Of a stretch of DNA of 64,000 bases, positions 54,036-64,000 are shown piece by piece; position 1 is the stretch's first letter; each line of letters starts with the position of its first letter. The position numbers and the translations under genes were made by a program. The notes below the pieces were generated by a model. The model had not been told where the DNA came from. It saw only the letters and a list, made by a program, of their open reading frames with translations, and searched no databases. Source of the stretch: Octopus sinensis (lineage: Eukaryota); contig NC_043008.1 in assembly GCF_006345805.1 (NCBI RefSeq), positions 7,006,001 to 7,070,000 on the forward strand, given 5' to 3'.

Positions 54036-54354
54036 CAATGGCTGTCTACTTTGCTACCCAGCATAACCTCTTCCGTTCCCTCTTTTGCCTTTTTAATGAC
54101 ATACCTCTCATGATAAGTAGTCAAGCCTCCGCCTCTTTAACATTATAAAACAAAGCTACTCAGATAACGAATAGCACCGCCCCACACACGCACTGCCTGA
54201 GTTTATACGTCATCTGACAAGCTTTGTATTTCACCACACACGCGCTATTACAAAACCATATTCTATACCAAACACACTTGTTCGGGTTGTCAGGTTTGCC
54301 ACTGACGGCCCAACCATGGACAGGTTGTACTAGTATACAATAGCGACTGTAGAC

Positions 54355-54765
54355 GGCGAGCTGGCAGAAACGTTAGCACGCCGCGCGAAACGCGCAGACG
54401 TATTTCCTCTGCCGTTACGTTCCGAGTTCAAATTCCGCCGAGGTCGACTTTGCCTTTCATCCTTTCGGGGTCGATAAATAAAGTACCAGTTTCGCACTGG
54501 GGTCGATGTAATCGACTTAATCCCTTTGTCTGTCCTTGTTTGTCCTCTCTGTGTTTAACCCCTTGTGGGTAGTAAAGAAATAAGTATTTCGTCTGCCGCT
54601 ACGTTCTGAGTTCAAATTCCGCCGAGGTCGACTTTGCCTTCCATCCTTTCGGGGTCGATAAATAAAGTACCAGTTTCGCACTGGGGTCGATGTAATCGAC
54701 TTAATCTCTTTGTCTGTCCTTGTTTGTTCCCCTCTATGTTTAGCCCCTTGTGGGCAGTAAAGAAA
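54355..54765 (+). mobile_element. SINE family A with internal duplication
   Basis: Same dimeric structure as 53334-53734. Confidence 0.92.
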
Positions 54766-55425
54766 TATATACATTACCGACTATAGACGACTTGAGTTAC
54801 TTGTAGCAGGTCGATGATACGCTGTGCTTTTCACCGGTTTGTTGCGCATTAGCACTTTGTGGACGACTTAACACATACATTGAGTTCGTGCGATCGATAA
54901 TGTTTATAGATATATAGTTTTAGTTTATATATAACTGGACTCACATATCTTCTTTCTTTTTCATAAGAATAAATATGAATCTCCGAAATTCTACGCTGCT
55001 ATTTCCTTTATCAAATTCTTAGTAAAAAATTTGTTCATACTTCTTGCACTGAAGATAACAGTGATATATAATTAATTTAATTAAATTAATTTAATTATTT
55101 CTATTGAAACATGAATTTGCTTGATTTTTATATCGCTGATCCAAACGATCGTCTGCATGAATTAAACTTTTCTTACATTCTAACATTTTCTCTTTTCCAT
55201 AAAAAAAAAAAAATGTTCAGATTTATGAGATTTCTTTCCATAAATTAACATAACACACCGTATACAAGCATTATTTTCGTATTCGCCAAATACCAGCAAA
55301 ATATGAAGAATCTAAGTTAGAAATCTTTTTTTCGAATTCTTCAAATTAAACGACGAAATTTAATTCAACGTTTTTACACATATATTATATTTATACATAC
55401 ATACATACATACATACATACATACA

Positions 55426-55460
<35 letters not shown>

Positions 55461-55749
55461 TATACACACACAGACATACACATAGCTATGGTGATGCAAA
55501 CAGAACAAATAAAACTCAAAATATGCGTATATCTATAATTTTAATAATGTTTAGCAGAAGCAACAGAGTGCCTCTAAGGCCGAGAATTTCGCGCATTGGC
55601 CCATATCAGTCTAGTCACAGATCGAAGAGATGTGGATTTATATACCCTGTACTTATATATAGCTCTATTTGCTTATTGACCTTCATAACTGGTAAACTAT
55701 TTGAAAAATACGAATTATACAATTGTCATTGTAATTGCTTTTTAAAATT

Positions 55750-56134
55750 CGTAAAGTATACTAGCCATCTCAACATGGCTAACCACTAAGGGTGGGTGTT
55801 ACTGTAGCTTTTAGCCCCAGGAGATCATCGTCTCCAGCTGGCTTTAGGAACACTTTCTGTGCCCTTATGGTATTTGCAAAGGGAGGTCATCCTTCTCTCG
55901 TCAACCTAAGTGATACGCACGGACTGCAGTTTCTAGAAGGCAAATACCTAGAAACTGCAGTCCGTGCGTATCACTTAGGTTGACGAAAGAGGGATGACCT
56001 CCCATTGCAAATACCATAAGGGCACAGAAAGTGTTCCTAAAGCCAGCTGGAGACGATGATCTGGGGCTAAAAGCTACAGTAACACCTACCCTTAGTGGTT
56101 AGCCATGTTGAGATGGTTAGTATACTTTACGTTG
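55750..56134. mobile_element. Near-perfect 385-bp palindromic (foldback) element
   Basis: Arms 55750-55936 and 55948-56131 are reverse complements around an 11-nt loop AAGGCAAATAC; a second, truncated copy lies at 61937-62080. Confidence 0.92.
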
Positions 56135-56279
56135 TCGAGCAGTTACTGTTTACATCTCGTTCAGAGATTTATTATTGCTTTTTAATATTCGTTCTAGATT
56201 AATCCAATGAAATATAATTTTTCATCAGCTTTGTAAGCCCACCTCTCTTCGATTTTATTCCTCTCCTAATGATATTTAA

Positions 56280-56500
56280 CCCTTCTGATACCAAACCGAC
56301 TGAAACCGCCTCTGGCTCTGTAGCACAGATGTCTTGTTTTCATAAGTTTTGAATTAAAATCTTCACCAAACCTTAGTCACATTTTATGTTCCTAACACTA
56401 GCTTAATGATAACTAAGTTATTTTACTAAATTCTTTGTTATATTTAAAATTAATTGAAAGAAACACAGAGCATCTCAAAATAAATACGGTAACGAAAGGG
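56280..56500. mobile_element. piggyBac-like MITE
   Basis: TTAA-CCCTTCTGATACC...GGTAACGAAAGGG-TTAC: CCC/GGG termini and a TTAA-type target. Confidence 0.65.
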
Positions 56501-56987
56501 TTACGAAAAAATTATTTCAATGAGGCGTTACTCACTAACAACCAGCCTTTTAAAATTTATAACAAAATATGCAGTGAATGATATATTTGAGGGGTTATAT
56601 GGCGGTTGCATTTTTGTTTTTGGCACATTCAGCCAAAAATGAATATATTAACACATTTCAATGAGTGAAAAAACGGCTTTCTCCAATATATTTTAACAAT
56701 TCTTAGAAAAATGGCCGAACTATCGAGTGTCATTTAATCTAATTTATTTTTTCGTGTAGTGTTGGAGCATATTTCAATTTACTGAATTTAAATTTATTGA
56801 ATTTTTCTTTTCAAATATGTGACTAATCTATTTTGTGTCTTGTCGTGCTTCAATCGGATTACTGATCGCGTGTGGTTTATCCTGAATCGGTTTTCTGATT
56901 TAAACATCTTAAAGTAAATATGGTTTTAGATTTTATTACGTCTATAGTAATAAAAATGAACAACAACAATAATAATAATAATAATAA

Positions 56988-57258
56988 CCAGGAAACCCAA
57001 AAATGGCAGAAATTCAAAAGATAGTGCTCATGGGAACTGCTCATATCCTACGCAAAATACTTTCTATGTAATCTCAAGTTTTAAAACAAACAGAATGTTT
57101 CTTTTTAGGCATTCACTTGTACAACACTAAATACAAAACCAAATATATGGCACCCTAGGCATAACAACAACATGAACTTCCAACCTGTTGTCTCTTGAGG
57201 TCTCTGGGTGAGACTTGGAGCCAACTTGTACAAATATAAAGCAAAAGTCAAACATAGA
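56988..57258 (+). mobile_element. 3' end of an R4/Dong-like non-LTR retrotransposon within (AAT)n
   Basis: PGNPKMAEIQKIVLMGTAHILRKILSM* (56988-57071) matches the QKxxLxGTAxILRKxL C-terminus of REL-endonuclease elements; (AAT)n lies on both sides. Confidence 0.7.
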
Positions 57259-57315
57259 ATAATAATAATATAATAATAATAATAATAATAATAATATAAT
57301 AATAATAATAATAAC

Positions 57316-57524
57316 CCTTGCTACTATAGGCACAAGGCCTGAAATTTGGAGGGAGTCGACTAGTCGATTACGCGATCGCAGTATTTCACTGATATATGAT
57401 TTATCGACCCCGAAAGGGTTGAAAGGCAAACTCGACCTCGGTGGAATTTGAACTCAGAACGTAAAGATGGACGAACTACCGCTAACCATTTTGCCCGGCA
57501 TGCTGATAATTCTGCCAGCTCGCC
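57316..57524 (-). mobile_element. SINE family A
   Basis: GGCACAAGGCCTGAAATTT...CTCGACCTCGGTGGAATTTGAACTCAGAACG...CTGCCAGCTCGCC. Confidence 0.88.
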
Positions 57525-57590
57525 AGCTTGGTAATAATAACAACAACAACAACAACAATAATAATGATGATGACGATGCTGCTGCTGCTG

Positions 57591-57638
<48 letters not shown>

Positions 57639-58299
57639 TAATAATAATAATAACTTAATAATAATGCTGATGATAATAATAACAACAACAAACACTGATT
57701 GACCATAGTTATTGATGCCTGATGTGAACGAACTGATGGTGTCTCTGTAATTCTTTCATCTTTTTGAGTTTAAGCCTGAATTTGGTTTTATAACATGTTT
57801 TCTCTGGTTTGTATTGGCTATTTTTAGTTTGATGTCAGTTTTAGAAGGTCTTCGTCTGTCTTTGAACAGAAGTGTAGTACTTTTGATAAAGGTTTTATTA
57901 TAATCATTCTTAATTAAGCCTATTAATTAGTTTCTGATTAAGTAGTCTATAAAAATCTACATCATAAATTTTGTCTGAGAAGTTTATGTTCATCGCTGAA
58001 AATTATGGCGTTGAATATTTTGTATCGAGTTTGCTAATCAGTGTCATCACAGCAGTAAATATGTTTAGTATTATTAGAAGAATGATTAGATTTGTTTATT
58101 CGGTGGTGTTATGGAGAGAAATGATTAGCTATCGTAACTGGTGCGAGGCCATTTAAAATCACAGGAAGAACATGGAAGAAAAATGAGAGAGAGAGAGAGA
58201 GAGAGAGAAAGAAAGTGAGAGAGGGAGAAAAGAGAGTATTGGTCAGTATTCTGGTATGTAAGACATTTCTTTGTTGATGTGTTGCTGCTAAAATGTGCC

Positions 58300-59420
58300 A
58301 TCGGCAAATCAATATAAAGGGAAGATCGTAGAATTTGGTTATTTTTCTGCCGTCCGTTTGTCTATATATTGACTGAGTCCTATTGGTCTGTACTCCAGTA
58401 TTCGAATATGTAATCTATGCAGAGTCACGCGTTGCCTTAAGCACATACCAGTTTGCCCTATATAGTTCCTTCACATCCTAAGCATGTTACTGCATAAATT
58501 AGGTTTTCAGCTGCACAGACAAAGTTATTTCTATTTTGAAGTGTTGCCACTTTTTAAATGTTTCTCTTATCTTTCTGACAGATTTTAGCAGATGCCTTTT
58601 ATTTACTTTTGGTTCTGTTGTCATTGTGTGGTATTTGGCCTTCGTTAGTATTTTCTCTTTGCTTTTGACTGTTGTTTTTTTTTTATTTTGTATTGTGTCA
58701 TGCATTTGAATATTTTGCTTCACCATGGAGTCTATTTTCTGTGTTGGCACGTCTTGAAATATGTTGTAGACCTCGTTGTTTTTTTAGATTACAGGTAAAT
58801 CATTCAATTCTGTTATATTTCTTTGTTTCATTTGTCTTAGTGCCCGGATATATATTTTCTTGGTTCTTTGTATTCTGTTATCGATTAATTTCTTAAGTAT
58901 ATAATTCCTTAAGTTCTTGGTGTTTTATGTTACGGATTTTTTCATCGGATAGAATTGCGCATACCTGTTTGGCAACGTTATAAGGGATGCATTTCGAATA
59001 GAACGTATTAAAAGGTAGGTAGTCCTCTGAGGCTTAGGTATATAGCAAATGCTAGTCTCAATTGGGTTGTTGACTTCCTTTATCAGGATGTAAAAAGAAA
59101 TAAATTATAGTCTTGACTGTACTCCATAGTAAATTAAAAATGCTCGTAAATTCTATTCAGTAATGTTTTGAATTAATTTTGTTCCTCTATGAGTTCGTTT
59201 CATAAAATGAAGCAATCGTCATCCAATTTACCGTAATCAAATATACAAAGAACGAGGCTGGTTTCATCCCCATTGCGGTCCCAGATTTTTGTCAATAAAA
59301 AGTTCTTTTTTAAAAACTCTAATATTTAGAATGAATTTTAGTTTTTCTGTCCTTACTTCCTTCTCTATGCGTTGCAGGTGTTCAGCAGTATAATTATCCA
59401 AATTTTCTTTATTTATACAT
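58300..59420 (-). pseudogene. Penelope-like element: RT plus GIY-YIG endonuclease fossil
   Basis: Minus strand: LKFILN, QKSGTAMG (GTAMG 59268-59282), DDDCF (59209-59223), FTMEYS, thumb YLPFNTFYSKCIPYNVAKQVCAILSDEKIRN (58902-59021), and NLIYAVTCLGCEG/YIGQTGMCLRQRVTLHRLHIR (58402-58505), with frameshifts and stops. Confidence 0.85.
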
Positions 59421-60394
59421 ACAAATTTATGTGTACGCACATGTACGGGTAGAATCGTATCTTTGTGTACGCATGTATGTTAAGTAATACACATGTACGA
59501 ATGCATTTTCTTTTTGAATGCTGCTTATTTGGAAAAAAACCTTTCCACGTGATCTTCCAGTTTCAGTCTTTACGAGTCATACGCCTCGGAAGTAATTGTG
59601 ATTGTTTCTAGATAAGGAAGTTGTCGGAGATTAAGTGAAACTCAGGTGGGTAAGTTCTGTACACGAAATTATCAGCTCTTGCGTAGCTTTTGTAATTTTA
59701 TACTCTGATGTATTGAGTTCTTTTTATTTTGTTTCTTCCGCAAAACTCACACAGCCACATATGCACGCATATATATATCTATCTACACATATACATACAC
59801 ATATACATATGTATGTATGCATGCATGCATATAAGCATACATTTAGTCAAACTTTAATGTGCACAAACTTTACTTTATGCAATTTTAATTCACAATAGAA
59901 TGAGTTTTTTTTACCAATCATTGGAGCCCTTTCATTGCACATTTTTTAAATGTTATCCATAATGCTTCATACTAAATTAAATTTTTGATAAATTCTGTGT
60001 GTTTTTTATATGATTTATGAATCCAGTTGACGTGAATTTGGCGATACCCAGACATAATAAATATAAGATTTGCAGATAATAGGAAATTTTATTGTGGTAT
60101 TGTTATTTCTATGTATTGGATCAATCGTATTCTAAAATAAAATGTAATTAATAGATAGTGTGGTCACCAGTTGCCAATTCTTCCACAAATAGAATATAAA
60201 AAATTATACCCTCACCAGGATACTGAATACAGCTGCAAATAGTGTGTACAAGACTTAATCAGGGATCGAACCTGTATTATCGACTGCCTTTATCGGTGAG
60301 ATATAACTTTTCTAGTGTTTGTATCTCCAGCAGTTTACCTTAACAAAAAAAGGATTGTTACTTTCATCTTTGTGGGTAAATATTTGTTTCATAT

Positions 60395-60596
60395 TTTGGC
60401 ACAAGGCCTGCAATTATGACGAAGGAAGTAAGTCAATTATATCGACCCCAGTGTTCAGCCGGAACTTATTTTATCGACCCCGAAAGGATAAAAGATAAAG
60501 TCGACCTCGGCGGAATTTAAACTCAGAACGTAATCACGGAGGAAAACCTGGTAAGCATTTTCCCCGGCGTGTCAACGGTTCTCCCAGCTCGCCACC
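60395..60596 (-). mobile_element. SINE family A
   Basis: ATCGACCCCGAAAGGAT...GTCGACCTCGGCGGAATTT...CCAGCTCGCCACC; a further fragment lies at 60625-60737. Confidence 0.85.
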
Positions 60597-61936
60597 TACT
60601 TGCAAGTAAATATCGATTTAAATTTTTAGCACAAGGCCAGTAAATTCTAGATAAGTTTACTATATCGATCCCAAAGTTCAAGTAGTGCTTATTTTATGGA
60701 TTCCGAAAAGATGAAATGCAAAGTCGACATCAGTGGAATATTATTGATAAATATTGAATGCATTTCTCCCCAAACTCATTTTCTTGCCAAACGTTTACAA
60801 AATATAATTTACACGTTTATCAAAATAGAGTGAACTTCTATTTTATCTCTCGTCGCCCTAATCTAAGGCATTAAAGGAAACAAAAAGCATTTTAGAAATA
60901 GAACTTATTTAGATAAAAATGAAATTACATTTTGAAAATAGTAAATTGCATTTCTTTATAAGATAAATTTTAAATATTTTTTATGTACGAAAACTCCTTT
61001 ATATCACTGAGCCGTGTGGTTCGGTAGTGGTGGTGGTGGTGATGGAGGTGGTGGTGGGGTTATTACAGAAATTAACTTAGAATGTATGATGTCCCCTACG
61101 TTGGCCACGTGAAGACTTAGGGAAATATTTGTAAAACGATTAAACTACATCACAAAACTGTTTTCGCTCTTCCAAATATTTTTAACTCTCTCAAAAAATG
61201 TTGACGTTAATAAATTACGTTGGATTTAATGAGCTGAATTAATAGGGTGCTGTAGGATCAACTTAATAGCTTACAGCAACAACAACAACAACAACACTGA
61301 TAACAGCAGATATGGTAGTAGCAACGAAAATACAAGATCACCATTGCTCCATCAATTGGCAAGATTAGTACAAGATGGTGGCAGCTATCATATTACGTTG
61401 TGGTTCAGCTAATTCATTGGTCAAATTAGATTAGATATGCTAATTAACAAAATATTCACTATTACGTTGTTGTTGTTTTTTTTTCTAACGTCAATGGCTT
61501 CCCCTCTTTTCTTCATTTCTTTGTCTTCCTTTTTCGGCGCCATTTCCTTGGTCTTCCAATTTGTTTACTTCTCGTTAGGATACAACACAGAACATGGCCT
61601 ATTCAAACCTATATTTTCTGCTCTCTCTCTCTCTATCTATCTATATCTCTTCCCATCTATCAGCTACAGCGATCGACACAAAACTTGCTTATACACTTAA
61701 AGACACCAACTACCTCAATCTCCGCCACAATCGCACTTCAAACACGATCAACATAAAAGAGATAATGAAGACATTTACGAGATCCCTCGCTCTGCTAAAA
61801 ATAATAGCAAACACTATCGGAGTTCACCTTACCATTTAAAAAACAGGAAGGCCACATTGGACGCTGTTCTCCTGACCACATTATTTAAAAAACTGAAGAA
61901 ATGGTCATTCTTTCTACTCAACAAATTATTTTATAT

Positions 61937-62080
61937 CAACGTAAAGTATACTAGCCATCTCAATATGGCTAACCACTAAGGGTGAGTGTTACTGTAGCTT
62001 GTAGCCCCAGGAGGTCATCGTCTCCAGCTGGCTTTAGACACACTTTCTGTGCCCTTATGATATTTGCAAAGGGAGGTCAT
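61937..62080 (+). mobile_element. Truncated single arm of the 55750 foldback element
   Basis: CAACGTAAAGTATACTAGCCATCTCAA...GCAAAGGGAGGTCAT. Confidence 0.9.
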
Positions 62081-63547
62081 ATTATTTTATATCATTCTTC
62101 GAAATATTCGATTTGTTTTTGAGGATGTAAATATTTCATTTGTATAATGTCATACTTTTTCCCGTTGACATTGGTCAGAAGCTAAGCGAAAACAGCGCAG
62201 CAGGAAGGAAATTCTATGATTAGTTTGCAGGAAATTGTAGCTACAACACCTTCGCATCTCAGCCGACATTGTAAAAATATAAACAGGAGGACGTATAGGT
62301 CGTTGGAGTCCTAAGATTCTTCTGGAGAGACGGAGTGGTCACATGTGGACCGCCTTTGATTATACTGCTGTTCAATAAGAGTTATGTTTGGACAACTACA
62401 ACAGTGATAAACCACAATTGCCACCACTTTGTCTACTATCACCACAACAACCACAGCCTTTGAGTTTCCAATTGCAGTCACTGCTACTGAGGCTGCTGCT
62501 GTTACTACTACTACTACTACTACTACTACTTACTACTACTACTACTAATGCTGCTGTTACCGCCGCCGACGCCAGCACCACTACCACCACCACCACCACC
62601 ACCACCACAGCGGCAATAATCGAAGTATTGATAGTAGTTGTATTTCACAACACACACACACACACACACACATATATATGTATATACATGTATATATATG
62701 TATATCTATTTACCTATATATGTATATGTATATATCTATATATATACACACACATATATATATATACACATATATATATATATACGTATGTGTGTGAGCA
62801 CATATGTGTTCGCGTGTGTATATAAGCAGGAGTGTATATTAACGATGCGTCTGGGTGGTATGTTGATGAATCCTGTTCACGAGTGGGTGTATGCATTAAA
62901 TTTCGTATATGGATAACGGTGTATGTAATGCGCTGCTGCTAGCGTATGCACATGCGTGTACATAAGTCCCTATATATATATAGGTATGTGCGCGCGTGTG
63001 TATGTGTGTGCGTGTGTATGTGTGTGCGTGCGTAAATGGTTGTCATAATCACCAATATTAGAATCGATTTCGAAGATCGCATGGGACAATCTCCAAAGCA
63101 TAACTAGGAAGTGATTAAGGCAAAGAAAATTAAAACCAAACATTCTCTGTCACAGTAGACTAGCTGGCACCATTAGCGATTAGAAAATATGCGCTGTGTT
63201 CGTTTCAATCTAGTTTCCGCTTACTTAGACAAAGTTTAATGAACATTCTAAGATTAGTCAGTATAAGGGAAGGTAAATATTGCATTATGCTACAGACGTG
63301 AATTCCCACTGCTTGAAATCTTCCGTTTGTTATGTGTTATTTTAGCGGTTTCACGCTCTTGAGGGCGGCCGTACTCAAAAATAACCTATCAAGACAGCGG
63401 AGTTGATAATACCAAGTCTAATCTTTTGTATCCTATGTATTTTACTGAAGCACAGGAGGAAGAAAATCACAAGTGAAAAATTGTTATCTTGTTGAAGCCA
63501 AAGCATTCGCTTGCATCTGTCTCGCCAATTCTGTCTGCCATCCTATA

Positions 63548-63587
<40 letters not shown>

Positions 63588-63790
63588 CATCAATAAATGT
63601 GTCTGAAACAACTGTAGTGAACCTTTAACGAATTTATGTTCTTATTTGATTCATATAGATATGTGTGAGTGTGTCTGTGTATGCCTCTCTGTGTGTGTGT
63701 ATATATATATATATATATAATATACACACACGAACATATATATACATACACACACACACACACGCACACACACATATATATATATATATA

Positions 63791-64000
63791 CAGGGAGCGA
63801 TGAATAAACTGTCGTCGAAATTACGCAAAAATGAAAATAACGCTGACATCTCATTTTAACAGATATATTTACCAAAATTACATAAACATATCTTAAATAT
63901 TAAAGAGTAAAGTTATTCATTAAAATCGCCATTGGCTGCACCCACGGCCTCCAGACGACTTTGGAATTTCTTGCAACTCTTCTGGATAATCTCCTTGTTT
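63791..64000 (-). mobile_element. Right end of a Tc1/mariner-superfamily (maT-like) transposon, running off the window
   Basis: TA-CAGGG terminus in (TA)n; the minus strand encodes NKEIIQKSCKKFQSRLEAVGAANGDFNE* (stop at 63913-63915). Confidence 0.75.

Overview
Eukaryotic, AT-rich, microsatellite-saturated genomic DNA. The repeat families resemble octopod cephalopod (Octopus-like) SINEs; this is recognition from sequence, not a database result. I found no intact host protein-coding gene, true tRNA/rRNA gene or CRISPR array, and most ORF-track entries are read-throughs of simple repeats. Mobile elements: four tRNA-derived SINE families (about 30 copies or fragments), fossils of a mariner transposase, a Penelope-like element (RT + GIY-YIG), CR1-group, RTE and R4/Dong-like LINE ends, and several MITEs or foldback palindromes. 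Other features: a 51-bp minisatellite and a possible decayed 7TM receptor gene. The most notable hidden signal is a set of minimal type I hammerhead-ribozyme motifs of the Penelope-LTR kind, in several unrelated short repeats that mostly abut (TA)n tracts. One lies downstream of a tRNA-type Pol III promoter, and one family shares a non-canonical CUGUGGA core. All folds and translations were done by eye and need computational confirmation.
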